A stretch of 64,000 nucleotides of DNA, from the NCBI GenBank assembly GCA_017446775.1, contig JAFSQE010000001.1:81954-145953 (forward strand), in the 5' to 3' direction. This document shows, one piece after another, positions 1 through 10,330 of this stretch. Position 1 is the first letter of the stretch; each line of letters starts with the position of its first letter. A program made the translations under genes and the position numbers. The notes beneath the pieces are model-generated. The model was not told the origin of the DNA and did no database searches. It saw only the letters and a program-made list of their open reading frames with translations. The stretch is from Bacteroidales bacterium (lineage in GTDB: Bacteria; Bacteroidota; Bacteroidia; Bacteroidales; UBA932).

Positions 1-1555
1 AGCGCTCTACATCGGCACCGGAGATATCCAGCACATCCAGTATGAAGGTCTCTGCCTGGAGCGACTTTACCAGCATGTTGTCCACCCCGCTCTCCCCGGC
101 AATCGCCCCCAGCACCAGCCACAGCGACGCGGCATACCAGTCGTTCTCTATCTCCATCCGTCCGGGCTTGTAGCTCTGCCCTCCAGAGAAGGTATATGTC
201 ACGCTCCTGCCCTCTTCAGATGCCACCGCCTCGTATCTGATACCCATCCTGGAGATGACGTCGGCGGTACTTTGGATGTGCGGCAACACGGCTGTATCGC
301 GCACCTTGAGAATAACGTCTCCCCCTGCAACCAGCGGCAGGGCCATCATCAGCCCGGTGGCAAACTGAGAGCTGGCGGCAGACACGATATTGAAAGTTCC
401 TGCGCGGAGCGGACCCTTGACAAACACCGGCAGGCGGCCCAGCGAAAAATCCACGAAGACCCCTCGGCGGGTAAGCTCCGGACACCCTTTGGAGAACTTG
501 CGGCGCATCAGGCTGCCGCGACCGGTAATCATCACCATTTCATGCGACAGTGCCGCCAGCGGGATGCAGATACGGCACAGCAATCCGCACCCCCCCACAT
601 CCAGGATGCCGTTGCGGATTCTAAGTCCGCTGCCGGCAATATCCTGCGTGCCGGTGATGGTAAGGGTATTGGTCTTGTGGTTGTAGCGGACCACGGCATA
701 CATCTGCTTTGCCACCTCCATAGCATCGCAGATATCATCGCAAAGGGTCACATTCTCCAAAACGGTGACGCCGTCGGTGAGCGCGGCCGCCACAATCGCC
801 CTTATCGCGATGCTCTTGGCGCAGGGCGGCTCTATGTCGCCAATGGTCAGGCGGTCGGCAGCGGAGATGAAATCGGTGAACAGCGGCTGTCCGTCGGCGG
901 TGGGCAGGCGGCGGCGCGGAGCACAGTACATCAGCGGCGAACCGCGGCGGAAAGATTCTGTGCGGGAATGTTCCCCCTCCTGCCCCATGGCGAACGCTAT
1001 CAGGTGCGCAGGTTCAAAACGGTCGTAGAGCGCCAGCACCCGGCCACATTCGTCGGGATGATGGGCGGTTGTAACTATTTTGGCGATGTCGGCCCCCAGG
1101 GAGTAGCATCTGGAGGCGATTGCAACCAGGGCTTCTGTAGAATCGGTACCGTATGCGTTGTGGTAAGAGAGAATAACCTTGCAGCCGTAATTCATCGCCA
1201 GGTTCATAAGCCAGCGCTGCTCGCTGCGGGGAAAATCCATATCCACATCGATATAGTCGGCCCCCGCGATAATAGCGGTAGAGAGCAGTCTTACCGCCAT
1301 ATCCACCTCCGATGGTTCGGGTTCAAGATCTTCCGGTTCCAGATCCAGGGTATCGACCTCAGTAGGGTCCTTGATGCGATAGGTGGCCACCACGCGGCAG
1401 TCTCCCTTGTGTTTCATGAAGAGCTTGATATCGTCTGTATCGAATATCAGATCGTCCAGACGCAGCTCCACCGCATGCGCACCGATTTCCGCTGTCGCCC
1501 ATGCAATGCAATAGTCGACATCCATCTGGCAGAGCGAGCAGCAGAGCAGACCCAT
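1..1555 (-). CDS. Fusion ORF: type I 3-dehydroquinate dehydratase-like N-domain plus EPSP synthase (3-phosphoshikimate 1-carboxyvinyltransferase) fold; the C-terminus lies beyond the window edge
   Basis: My own minus-strand translation from ATG 1555-1553 is stop-free to position 1 (518 codons). It is absent from the ORF track because no stop lies in the window. Residues 1-230 carry VELRLD, ILSYHN, GADIAKIV and AMGQEGEHSR (AroD type I pattern). Residues from about 235 carry PPCAKSIAIRA, SAASSQFATGLMMALPL, GGQSYKPG and ENDWYAASLW (EPSPS pattern). The ATG overlaps the upstream stop (TAATG). Confidence 0.7.
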   Translation of the reverse strand, partial: MGLLCCSLCQMDVDYCIAWATAEIGAHAVELRLDDLIFDTDDIKLFMKHKGDCRVVATYRIKDPTEVDTLDLEPEDLEPEPSEVDMAVRLLSTAIIAGADYIDVDMDFPRSEQRWLMNLAMNYGCKVILSYHNAYGTDSTEALVAIASRCYSLGADIAKIVTTAHHPDECGRVLALYDRFEPAHLIAFAMGQEGEHSRTESFRRGSPLMYCAPRRRLPTADGQPLFTDFISAADRLTIGDIEPPCAKSIAIRAIVAAALTDGVTVLENVTLCDDICDAMEVAKQMYAVVRYNHKTNTLTITGTQDIAGSGLRIRNGILDVGGCGLLCRICIPLAALSHEMVMITGRGSLMRRKFSKGCPELTRRGVFVDFSLGRLPVFVKGPLRAGTFNIVSAASSQFATGLMMALPLVAGGDVILKVRDTAVLPHIQSTADVISRMGIRYEAVASEEGRSVTYTFSGGQSYKPGRMEIENDWYAASLWLVLGAIAGESGVDNMLVKSLQAETFILDVLDISGADVER

Positions 1556-3165
1556 TATTTACCCTGCTGCCAGGTGTCTAAAGCGCAGAACAGTTGCTGG
1601 TCGTAGCGCAGGTTAACTATCGCAGAAGCCCTCTGGAAATAGTATTTAACGGCGATGTCAGATTCCAGAAGCGGCTTTATCTCGTCCTTGACCAGGCGCA
1701 GGGCATCGGCCTTGCTGATATCCAGCTTCGCTTTGAGCGCCTCTATCTCGGCGCGGCAGTTGTCGTATGTCCCGTCGTACTTGGCAGCTTCTATCAGCTT
1801 CTCAATCTCCGCATCGCTGCCACTGCGCCAGTCAAACGAAAGGGTTTCGCAGAAAGCGATAAAATCTTCATATTCATCGTCGGAGAGGGTGAACTCTTCT
1901 GCCGGGGCAATCGTTTCGTGGCGGTTGTAATAATCTATGGCATAGTCGCCGGTAATGTCGCCATACACCAGGGAATAGGTGGGACGGCTGTAGCGCCTGT
2001 TCTCTACCACGATGTCGGGGGTGATTCCGCCGCCGTCCTTAACGGTGCGGCCGCCCGCCGTCTTGAATTCATGGGTCAGGGAGTCAGGAATGGCCCCGAC
2101 GCTGCCGTCCTCGTTGCGGTGACTGTAATCTATGGCCTGTACGCAGCGCCCGCTGGGGGTGTAATACTTGCCGGTGGTCACCTTAAGGGTGCCGCCAAAG
2201 GCTGTGGGACGCACCGACTGTATCAGCCCCTTGCCAAACGAACGGGTACCGGCGATGGTGCCGCGGTCCAGATCCTGGAATGCCCCCGCCACAATCTCGC
2301 TGGCCGACGCGCTGCCGCTGTTTATCATCACCAGTACCGGAATCTCGGTGTCGATGGGGTCTGTCTGGGTGCGATATTCCACGTTTGTGCCGCGGGCGCG
2401 ACCCCTGGACGATACCACCAGCGTCCCCTTGGGGACAAAGAGCGACATCAGCTTGATGGCTTCGTCCATCAGTCCGCCGCCGTTGCCGCGAAGGTCTATC
2501 ACCAGCCTCTCGGCGCCCTGCGCCTTGAGCTCCAGAATCGCGCTGCGAAGCTCCGCAGACATCCCTGCGGTAAAACCGGTGATGGATACATAACCGATAT
2601 TGCCCCGGATGATGCCGTAGTACTCTATGTTGGAGATGTGTATCCGCTCGCGCTTGACCACCACCTCTGTCGCCTCTTTTGTGCGCCCCTTGATGACCTT
2701 GAAGGTGACCTTGCTGCCGGGCTGACCCTTCATGCGGTCGGACGCCTGCTGGGAGGTTTCCCCGTAAACCGGGATGCCGTCTATGGCGACTATGCTGTCG
2801 CCCGGCTGCAGACCCGCCTTTACCGCGGGGCTGTCGGGATAGGGTTCCGTGATGAGCACCGCCCCTTCCGGGCGCTTTTTGATAAGCGACCCGACGCCGC
2901 CGTACATGCCGGTGGTCATCATCTGCACGTCATCCTCCTCCTCTTCCGGATAATAGACGGTATAGGGGTCGAGGGACGAGAGCATGGCGGTGATGCCGGT
3001 GTTTATCAGCTTGCCAAACTGCACGCTGTCGACATAGTTCACAGAGAGCTGCTTAAGGATAGAGTTCTGTATGTCCAGCGACTTTGCCAGGTCAAAGTTG
3101 GCACTCTGCGCCTGTGCGGCCAGCGCTATAAACACAAAAGAGATTATCGGGATTATCTTTTTCAT
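1555..3165 (-). CDS. S41 family C-terminal processing peptidase (tail-specific protease) with PDZ domain
   Basis: 536 aa with an N-terminal signal peptide (MKKIIPIISFVFIALAAQAQ). It has a PDZ-like segment (GLQPGDSIVAIDG) and S41 motifs (GGGLMDEA, NSGSASASEIVAGA, SFGKGLIQ). Confidence 0.85.
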   Translation of the reverse strand: MKKIIPIISFVFIALAAQAQSANFDLAKSLDIQNSILKQLSVNYVDSVQFGKLINTGITAMLSSLDPYTVYYPEEEEDDVQMMTTGMYGGVGSLIKKRPEGAVLITEPYPDSPAVKAGLQPGDSIVAIDGIPVYGETSQQASDRMKGQPGSKVTFKVIKGRTKEATEVVVKRERIHISNIEYYGIIRGNIGYVSITGFTAGMSAELRSAILELKAQGAERLVIDLRGNGGGLMDEAIKLMSLFVPKGTLVVSSRGRARGTNVEYRTQTDPIDTEIPVLVMINSGSASASEIVAGAFQDLDRGTIAGTRSFGKGLIQSVRPTAFGGTLKVTTGKYYTPSGRCVQAIDYSHRNEDGSVGAIPDSLTHEFKTAGGRTVKDGGGITPDIVVENRRYSRPTYSLVYGDITGDYAIDYYNRHETIAPAEEFTLSDDEYEDFIAFCETLSFDWRSGSDAEIEKLIEAAKYDGTYDNCRAEIEALKAKLDISKADALRLVKDEIKPLLESDIAVKYYFQRASAIVNLRYDQQLFCALDTWQQGK

Positions 3166-3217
3166 AATGCAATCTACTTTTCAGACACCGCCCTTTTCCA
3201 GCAAAGATGATACCAAG

Positions 3218-4279
3218 TCAGGCCTTGCGGATATAATCCACGATCCAAGCACCGACCTCCTTCGTGCCATATTTGGCACCGCCGGCCACCTGGATTTCGG
3301 GCGTGCGGACATTCGCATCAAGCGATGCGGCCACGGCTCGGCGGATAAGGGCCCCCTCCTCTTTGAGGTCGAAATATTCGAACAGCATTGCTGCGGACAG
3401 GATCTGCGCAAGCGGATTGGCGATATTGAGACCTCTGGCTGCTGGCCAGCTGCCGTGTACCGGCTCGAAAACGGGAGTATGCTCCCCGGTGGAGGCGCTG
3501 GGCAGAAGACCCATGCTGCCGGTGATGCAGCTCCCCTCGTCGGTAAGGATGTCGCCAAAGGTGTTCTCCGTAACCATCACGTCGAAGAATTTAGGCTCCT
3601 GTATCATACGCATGGATGCGTTGTCGACATACATAAAATCGGTTGTAACATCGGGATACTGGGGTGCCATCTCCTGCGCGACCTTGCGCCACAGGCGGCT
3701 GGAAGCCAGCACATTGGCCTTGTCTACCACGGTGAGGTGACGATTGCGGCGGCGGGCATATTCATAACCCACCTTAAGGATGCGCTCTATCTCGCCGCGG
3801 GTGTAATAGTTGGTGTCGTATGCCTTCTCGTCGTCCTGATACTTCTCGCCGAAATACATGCCGCCGGTGAGTTCGCGGATGCAGATAAAATCGGCACCGC
3901 GCACCAGCTCATCCTTTAGCGGGGAGTTGTGCACCAGGCAGTCGAAGGTCTCTATCGGGCGGATGTTGGCATACAGCCCGAGTTTCTTGCGCATTGCCAG
4001 CAGCCCCTGCTCCGGGCGTACCTTCGCGGTGGGATTGTTGTCAAAACGGGGGTCGCCGACTGCAGAAAACAGCACTGCATCGGCATCCATACATATCTGG
4101 AATGTCTCCTCGGGGAACGGGTCGCCAACCTTGTCTATCGCGTCGGCACCGCAAATGGCCTCCTTGAAAGAGACAGTGTGCCCGAAACGGTCACACACCG
4201 CCTGCATCACGTCTACACCTACCTTGGAAATCTCGGGACCGATACCGTCGCCGGGAAGAACTGCTATCTTAAGATTCAT
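3218..4279 (-). CDS. leuB: 3-isopropylmalate dehydrogenase
   Basis: 353 aa. The N-terminus [13 protein letters not shown] and the context within the leu operon support the call. Its start overlaps the upstream stop (ATGA). Confidence 0.95.
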   Translation of the reverse strand: MNLKIAVLPGDGIGPEISKVGVDVMQAVCDRFGHTVSFKEAICGADAIDKVGDPFPEETFQICMDADAVLFSAVGDPRFDNNPTAKVRPEQGLLAMRKKLGLYANIRPIETFDCLVHNSPLKDELVRGADFICIRELTGGMYFGEKYQDDEKAYDTNYYTRGEIERILKVGYEYARRRNRHLTVVDKANVLASSRLWRKVAQEMAPQYPDVTTDFMYVDNASMRMIQEPKFFDVMVTENTFGDILTDEGSCITGSMGLLPSASTGEHTPVFEPVHGSWPAARGLNIANPLAQILSAAMLFEYFDLKEEGALIRRAVAASLDANVRTPEIQVAGGAKYGTKEVGAWIVDYIRKA

Positions 4280-5805
4280 TGTACTATTATGTTAAGCATT
4301 TTCATCGTCGCCTTTATCGCCGCCTCCACCTGGTCGGCATCCAGGCCGCGGGTGTGTATTGTGCGGCCGTTGTAATCCCAGTCTATCCGGGTCTGCACCA
4401 ACGCGTCGGTACGGCCGCCGGGGGGGATGGACACGGCATAGTCGCTAAGCCAGGGAAACTCCATCTTCAAATGGTCGCGGAAGATGTGGCGCACAGCCCG
4501 CACAAATGCATCGTACTGACCGTCGCCACTCGCCTGCTCCTGGTAAACCTTGCCCTTTACCTCCAGCTTGACGATGGCCGTGGGCTTGAGGCCATGGGCG
4601 GTGCTCACCATATAGCTGAGCAGCTTGACCTTCTCCTGGGTTATGTCGTGCCCCAGCACGTCGCTCACGATAAACGGCAGATCGTCCGGGGTCACGGTCT
4701 CTTTCTTGTCGCCCAGCTCTATGATGCGGTCGGTGACGCGGCGGGTCTGCTCCGGCGTCAGGTCCAGGTTCATGCTCTCCAGGTTCTTGAGGACATTGGC
4801 CTTGCCGCTGTTCTTGCCAAGGGCATATTCCCGCTTGCGGCCAAATCGCTCCGGAAGCAGGTCGTTGCAGTAGAGGTTGTTCTTCTTGTCGCCGTCGGCA
4901 TGCACCCCTGCCACCTGCGTGAACACATTGTCTCCAACTATGGGGCGGTTTGCCGGAATCGGGGTGCAGGAGTAGCTGGACACCAGGCGGCTGGCCTCGT
5001 GAAGACGGCTTTCGTCGATGCCGGTTGTGACCTCTGCCATATCGGCCAGCACCGCCTCTACACTTGCCAGAGGGGCATTGCCGGCACGCTCTCCAAGTCC
5101 GTTCACACACGTGTGGACCCCGCTGCAGCCAGCCTTGACCGCCGCCAGGGTATTGGCCACCGCCAGGTCGTAATCGTTATGTGCGTGAAAATCAAAATGG
5201 ATATCGGGGAAACGACTCACCATCTGCCCTATAAATCCGGTTACCTGTGCGGGAGAGAGCACTCCAAGGGTGTCTGGCAGCATAAAGCGGCGCACGTTGC
5301 AATCTTTGAGTGCAGATACCAGACTGAAGACATATTCCGGGGAATTTTTCATACCGTTGCTCCAGTCCTCGAGGTAGATATTCACCGCAAGCTGCCTCTG
5401 CCAGGCCTGTGCGATGGTTTCCCGCAGGTCGGCGATATGCTCCTGCGGCGTTTTGCCAAGTTGTTCGCGGCAGTGCCGTTCGCTCCCCTTGGCCAGCAGG
5501 TTCATCACCCTGCCGCCGCAGTCGGCAATCCAGGCAGCGGAGGTTGCTCCGTCGGCAAAACCGAGCACCTCTACCCGATCCAGACAGCCGTTGCCGGCCG
5601 CCCAGCCGCATATCTCGCTCACCGACTCGCGCTCCCCCGCCGACACGCGTGCCGACGCTATCTCAACGCGGTCTACACGCACCGATTGCAGCAGGAAACG
5701 GGCAAGCAGCAGTTTCTCGTGCGGTACAAAGTTAACGCCGCTGGTCTGTTCCCCGTCCCTTAGGGTAGTGTCCATTATCTCTATACGTCGCATACTATCT
5801 GGCAT
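4276..5805 (-). CDS. LeuA/CimA family synthase (2-isopropylmalate synthase or (R)-citramalate synthase)
   Basis: 509 aa. It has the DRE-TIM motif [11 protein letters not shown], then [16 protein letters not shown] and a C-terminal LeuA-dimer-like regulatory region. It lies between leuD and leuB. An alternative ATG at 5793 would remove the 11-nt overlap with leuD. Confidence 0.85.
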   Translation of the reverse strand: MPDSMRRIEIMDTTLRDGEQTSGVNFVPHEKLLLARFLLQSVRVDRVEIASARVSAGERESVSEICGWAAGNGCLDRVEVLGFADGATSAAWIADCGGRVMNLLAKGSERHCREQLGKTPQEHIADLRETIAQAWQRQLAVNIYLEDWSNGMKNSPEYVFSLVSALKDCNVRRFMLPDTLGVLSPAQVTGFIGQMVSRFPDIHFDFHAHNDYDLAVANTLAAVKAGCSGVHTCVNGLGERAGNAPLASVEAVLADMAEVTTGIDESRLHEASRLVSSYSCTPIPANRPIVGDNVFTQVAGVHADGDKKNNLYCNDLLPERFGRKREYALGKNSGKANVLKNLESMNLDLTPEQTRRVTDRIIELGDKKETVTPDDLPFIVSDVLGHDITQEKVKLLSYMVSTAHGLKPTAIVKLEVKGKVYQEQASGDGQYDAFVRAVRHIFRDHLKMEFPWLSDYAVSIPPGGRTDALVQTRIDWDYNGRTIHTRGLDADQVEAAIKATMKMLNIIVQ

Positions 5806-6394
5806 TTGCTTTTTCCCAGGCCTCTATCTTCGCACGGCTTTCCAGTAAAAAGTCTATATCATCGAGGCCGTTCATCAGGCAGTATTTCTTGTAGCCGTTA
5901 AGTTCAAATCTCTCGCTGCGGCCGGTGGCCAGGTTGGTGACGGTCTGTGCAGGGACGTTCACCTCGACCTCTGTTGCGGGGTCGGCCTTTATGCTGGCAA
6001 ACAGTTCCGAGAGAAAACCTTCGCTTACGGTGACGGGCAGCACAAAGTTGTTGAGCTCGTTACCCTTGTGGATATCGGCAAAGAAGCTCGATATCACCAC
6101 GCGGAAGCCGTAGCCCGCGATAGCCCACGCCGCATGTTCGCGGCTGCTGCCGCTGCCAAAGTTCTTGCCAGCAACCAGAATGCATCCGCCGTAGCGGGGG
6201 TCGTTGAGCACGAACTCCGGGTTGGGGGTGCCGTCCTTAAGGTAGCGCCAGTCGCAGAACAGGTTATCGCCAAAAAACTTCCCGTTGCGGGTGGTCGCCT
6301 TCAAGAAGCGGGCGGGGATTATCTGGTCGGTGTCCACATTCTCCAGCGGGAGCGGGACACAAGTGCTCTTGATTATGTCAAACTTCTGTTTCAT
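5795..6394 (-). CDS. leuD: 3-isopropylmalate dehydratase small subunit
   Basis: 199 aa; NVDTDQIIPARFLK, GKNFGSGSSREHA. Confidence 0.95.
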   Translation of the reverse strand: MKQKFDIIKSTCVPLPLENVDTDQIIPARFLKATTRNGKFFGDNLFCDWRYLKDGTPNPEFVLNDPRYGGCILVAGKNFGSGSSREHAAWAIAGYGFRVVISSFFADIHKGNELNNFVLPVTVSEGFLSELFASIKADPATEVEVNVPAQTVTNLATGRSERFELNGYKKYCLMNGLDDIDFLLESRAKIEAWEKANAR

Positions 6395-6400
6395 GGAGGC

Positions 6401-7795
6401 TTACATTAAGGTTCGCGGGTCGGTAATCACGCCGGTAACGGCGGCAGCGGCTGCAGTGAGCGGGCTGGCCAGGACAGTGCGTGCGCCGGGTCCCTGACGC
6501 CCTTCAAAGTTGCGGTTTGAGGTCGATACGGTCAGCTTCCCTGCGGGAATCTTATCGTCGTTCATCGCCAGGCAGGCGCTGCAGCCGGGCTGACGGATCT
6601 CAAATCCGGCCGCCTCAAGCAGCTTGTCCAGCCCCTCATCTTCTATCTGCCGCTTCACCATCCAGGAACCGGGAACCAGCCAGCAAACAACTCCGGGGGC
6701 CTTTTTGCGGCCGGCGGCGATGGAGGCAAACGCCCGGAAATCTTCTATACGGCCGTTGGTGCAGCTGCCAAGAAATACATAGTCGACCTTCTTGCCAGAA
6801 AGCTTGTCGCCGGGCTCGAAGCCCATGTAGTTAAGCGAGCGCATAAACGATGCCCGCCCGCTTTGCTGAACGCTCTCCAGCGCCGGGATGGTATCTTCAA
6901 TCCCCATCCCCATGCCGGGATTGGTGCCGTATGTCACCATCGGGGTGATATCCTCTGCCTTGAATACGATTTCGCGGTCGAAGATTGCGTCGGGGCCACT
7001 TTTGAGGGTCTTCCAATAAGCCACCGCCCGGTCCCAGGCTTCACCTTTGGGGGCATGCTCGCGCCCCTTGATATATTCGAAGGTCGTCTCGTCGGGGGCG
7101 ATAAAGCCGCCGCGCGCCCCCATCTCTATCGAGAGGTTGCAAAGCGTCAGGCGTCCCTCCATAGTCAGGTTGCGCACCGCGCTGCCGGCATACTCCACAA
7201 AATAACCCGTGGCTCCGCTGGTAGTCATCTTGCTCATGATATACAGCGCCACATCCTTGGCGGTTACACCGCGGCCAAGAGAACCCTCTACGCTGATGCG
7301 CATGCTCTTTGGCTTCTGCTGCAGGATGCACTGCGAAGCCATGACCATCTCCACTTCACTGGTGCCGATCCCGAAGGCAACCGCCCCCATCGCGCCGTGG
7401 GTAGAGGTGTGGCTGTCGCCGCACACTATGGTCATACCGGGCAGGGAAAGGCCGCGCTCCGGACCTACGACATGGATAATGCCGTTGCGGGAGTCCATCA
7501 TCCCGTAGTGCGTCAGGCCGAATTCGGCTGCATTGGCGGCCAGGGTATCGACCTGCTTCTTGGAAACCGGATCCTCTATAGGCTTGTCCTGGTCGTGGGT
7601 AGGGGTGTTATGGTACGGCATGCATACGATCTGCTGCGGGCGCAGGGGTTTGATGCCGCGTGCACGCATGCCGTCAAATGCCTGCGGAGTTGTCACCTCG
7701 TGGCAATAAAGCCTGTCTATGTAGAGCTGTGTGGGACCATCGGGTACGATCTGTACCACATGGGCGTCCCAAATCTTGTCGAAGAGAGTATTCAT
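6401..7795 (-). CDS. leuC: 3-isopropylmalate dehydratase large subunit
   Basis: Aconitase-family motifs are present ([33 protein letters not shown]). The ORF-track start at 7810 is a TTG. The ATG at 7795 ([10 protein letters not shown]) is the conventional N-terminus. Confidence 0.95.
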   Translation of the reverse strand: MNTLFDKIWDAHVVQIVPDGPTQLYIDRLYCHEVTTPQAFDGMRARGIKPLRPQQIVCMPYHNTPTHDQDKPIEDPVSKKQVDTLAANAAEFGLTHYGMMDSRNGIIHVVGPERGLSLPGMTIVCGDSHTSTHGAMGAVAFGIGTSEVEMVMASQCILQQKPKSMRISVEGSLGRGVTAKDVALYIMSKMTTSGATGYFVEYAGSAVRNLTMEGRLTLCNLSIEMGARGGFIAPDETTFEYIKGREHAPKGEAWDRAVAYWKTLKSGPDAIFDREIVFKAEDITPMVTYGTNPGMGMGIEDTIPALESVQQSGRASFMRSLNYMGFEPGDKLSGKKVDYVFLGSCTNGRIEDFRAFASIAAGRKKAPGVVCWLVPGSWMVKRQIEDEGLDKLLEAAGFEIRQPGCSACLAMNDDKIPAGKLTVSTSNRNFEGRQGPGARTVLASPLTAAAAAVTGVITDPRTLM

Positions 7796-7821
7796 GTTGC
7801 AAAGGTTCAAAAAATATTTTA

Positions 7822-7829
7822 TATATTTG
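7822..7829 (+). promoter_or_regulatory. Bacteroidota -7 promoter box (TATATTTG) for malQ and the starch PUL
   Basis: Exact TAnnTTTG match 20 nt upstream of the malQ ATG, in the 53-bp divergent spacer shared with leuC. Confidence 0.45.
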
Positions 7830-7848
7830 TAGAATTACGCATGTGTTT

Positions 7849-10269
7849 ATGATACATTTTTCTCTGAATTATAACACGGTGTGGGGCGAGAGTCTGGTTA
7901 TCCGAACCGCCGGCAAGGCATACGGGATGCGCTGCACCGACAACGGCCGCTGGGAGGCCGACCTTAAGAACAATCTTATCCGCAACAATCAGCAATACAC
8001 CTTCGAGGTGGTCAGGGATGGCAGAACCATCCGCCGGGAGTGGCGTGCCCACACCCTGGGCGTCCCCTCCGGGGCAAAGGAGACCGAGGTGCGCGACCGC
8101 TGGATCGACCGCCCCGCAAACTCCGCCTTCTGGGCATCGGCATTCCGGCAGGTCATCTTCTCACGCGAGGCAGCTTCTGCCGCCCCGCTGCGCGGGAACG
8201 TGGTTCTGCGCGCCGCAGCGCCGGAGATAAGACCCTCGGAGACCCTTGCCGTTACCGGCAGCGGCGATGCGTTGGGAAACTGGCAGAAGGCCGTTATGCT
8301 AAACGGCAACGGCTTCCCCTGGTGGGAGACGGCAATAGAGGCCGACGGACCGTTCGAATTTAAATATGTGGTTGCAGAGCGCGCTACCGGCAGGATTCTC
8401 CGCTGGGAAGAGGGGCCCAACCACCGCTGCGAACCTCTGGAGGCAGCCACCACCGTAGTGGCGGACATCGTCCCGCAACTGCCGGCAATCCCCTGGCGCG
8501 GGGCGGGCGTCGCGATTCCGGTATTCTCTATCCGGACAGAAGACAGTTTTGGCGTGGGTGAGTTCCACGACATCAAAAAACTGGTAGACTGGGCCGTGGC
8601 CACCGGGCAGAACTTTATCCAGCTGCTGCCGGTAAACGACACCTCCATGACCGGCACATGGCAGGACTCCTACCCATACAATGCCGTGAGCTCGTTTGCA
8701 CTTCACCCGCAGTTTATCCACCTGCCGGAGGCGGGCATCAAGGCCGACAAGGCGTACAAAACCCTGCAACGGGAGGTCAATTCCCTGGATAAGATCGATT
8801 ACGAAAAGGTCAACGGAGAGAAGATGCGCCTGCTGCACGGGGTGTTCAACCGGCAGCGCGAAGAGCTCACCGCCGATGTAAAATATCAGGATTTTGTGGC
8901 GGCCAACCGATTCTGGCTGCTCCCGTACGCAGTGTTCTGCTGCCTTCGCGACGAGATGGGCACGGTGGACTGGCGCACCTGGGGTGCAAATTCGAAATAC
9001 ACCTTGAAGAAGGCGGAGAAATATGCAGAAGCGCACCCGGCCGAGGTCGCTTTCTGGTGCTGGATACAGTTTGTGCTGGATTGTCAGCTTAAAGACGCCG
9101 TGGCCTACGCCCACAAGAAACGGGTGGCCATCAAGGGCGATTTGCCAATCGGCGTGAGCCCCGTGAGCGCCGACGCCTGGACCAATCCTGACCTCTTCAA
9201 CCTGGACATGCAGGCGGGTGCCCCGCCCGATGCCTTCAGCGCCGACGGACAGAACTGGGGCTTCCCCACTTACAACTGGGACCGGATGGCAGAGGACAAC
9301 TTTGCATGGTGGCGGACCCGCCTTAAAAAGATGAGCGAGTATTTTGACGCATACCGCATAGACCATATACTGGGCTTCTTCCGCATCTGGGAGATTCCCG
9401 CAAAGTACCGCAGCGGCCTTATGGGGCACTTTGCCCCCGCCCTGCCCTACAGTGCCGACGAGCTGAGGCAGATGGGCTTTGATACCGCCGACGGGGCCTA
9501 TGTCACCCCCGGCGAAAACGAGACCGACGTGCTGTTTGTAGAAGATCCCCGCAAGAAGGGATTCTGGCACCCTCGCATCGCTGCTCAGAACACCGCCACC
9601 TTCAACCATCTTACCGACTGGCAGAAAGAGCGCTTCAACGCTCTCTACAACGATTTCTTCTACCACCGGCACGACGATTTCTGGCGCAGCAGCGCCATGC
9701 GCAAGCTCCCGTCCCTGCTAAAGAGCAGCGCCATGCTCTCCTGTGGCGAGGATCTGGGGATGATTCCGGGCTGCGTTGCATCGGTTATGTCTGAGCTGAA
9801 CATACTAAGTCTTGAGATTCAGCGGATGCCAAAGGACCCGAGTCAGGATTTTGCCGACCCGGCATATTACCCCTACTACTGCGTATGCGCCACCGGCACC
9901 CACGACACCAGTCCGCTTCGCGCATGGTGGGAAGAGGACCGCGCCCTTTCGCAGCGCTTTTATAACGACATGATGCGCTGCAGTGGCAATGCGCCCTACT
10001 TCTGCGAGAGCTGGGTGGCAGAGAACATCGTACGCGAGCACCTCTACTCCCCCGCCATGCTGGCAATACTCCCCCTGCAGGACTATCTGGCTGTGGACGG
10101 CAAGGTGCGATACGGTGGCGACCCGGCCGACGAGAGGATAAACATCCCCGCCAACCCGCGTCACTACTGGCGATGGCGCATGCATTTAACTGTAGAACAG
10201 CTCCTTGAAAATAAATCCCTCTCGGAGCATATCAGGGCAATGATTTCCGATGCAGCCCGCGGCATCTAA
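7849..10269 (+). CDS. malQ: 4-alpha-glucanotransferase (GH77 amylomaltase) with two N-terminal CBM20-like modules
   Basis: 806 aa from ATG 7849 (MIHFSLNYN). The ORF-track start at 7660 lies inside leuC and upstream of the promoter box. GH77 motifs are present (GVAIPVFSIRT, YRIDHILGFFRIW, GEDLGMIP). The N-terminal repeats carry GxxxxLGNW (GSGDALGNWQKA). Confidence 0.9.
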   Translation: MIHFSLNYNTVWGESLVIRTAGKAYGMRCTDNGRWEADLKNNLIRNNQQYTFEVVRDGRTIRREWRAHTLGVPSGAKETEVRDRWIDRPANSAFWASAFRQVIFSREAASAAPLRGNVVLRAAAPEIRPSETLAVTGSGDALGNWQKAVMLNGNGFPWWETAIEADGPFEFKYVVAERATGRILRWEEGPNHRCEPLEAATTVVADIVPQLPAIPWRGAGVAIPVFSIRTEDSFGVGEFHDIKKLVDWAVATGQNFIQLLPVNDTSMTGTWQDSYPYNAVSSFALHPQFIHLPEAGIKADKAYKTLQREVNSLDKIDYEKVNGEKMRLLHGVFNRQREELTADVKYQDFVAANRFWLLPYAVFCCLRDEMGTVDWRTWGANSKYTLKKAEKYAEAHPAEVAFWCWIQFVLDCQLKDAVAYAHKKRVAIKGDLPIGVSPVSADAWTNPDLFNLDMQAGAPPDAFSADGQNWGFPTYNWDRMAEDNFAWWRTRLKKMSEYFDAYRIDHILGFFRIWEIPAKYRSGLMGHFAPALPYSADELRQMGFDTADGAYVTPGENETDVLFVEDPRKKGFWHPRIAAQNTATFNHLTDWQKERFNALYNDFFYHRHDDFWRSSAMRKLPSLLKSSAMLSCGEDLGMIPGCVASVMSELNILSLEIQRMPKDPSQDFADPAYYPYYCVCATGTHDTSPLRAWWEEDRALSQRFYNDMMRCSGNAPYFCESWVAENIVREHLYSPAMLAILPLQDYLAVDGKVRYGGDPADERINIPANPRHYWRWRMHLTVEQLLENKSLSEHIRAMISDAARGI

Positions 10270-10330
10270 GCAAATTTATTTGGAGGATTGACCATAACGC
10301 TTTAACTTCGTAAGCTTTTTTCGCCAAAAA

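Noticed and set aside
272-1606. 444-aa plus-strand ORF covering the left end of the window
   Set aside because: The translation is low-complexity (rich in Arg, Gly, His, Ala and Gln) with no recognisable motif. It lies exactly antisense to a stop-free frame with clear AroD and EPSPS motifs. It is a shadow ORF typical of GC-rich coding DNA.
7660-7848. Long N-terminal extensions implied by ORF-track starts (malQ 7660, lipoprotein 28127, lepA 48641, secG 26507, PspC 46761, asd 33532, lolD-like 53624, leuC 7810)
   Set aside because: The extensions overlap neighbouring genes or predicted promoter boxes. Some use TTG or GTG codons. They encode Arg/Cys/Ser-rich junk ahead of canonical N-termini or signal peptides. 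Downstream starts were adopted.
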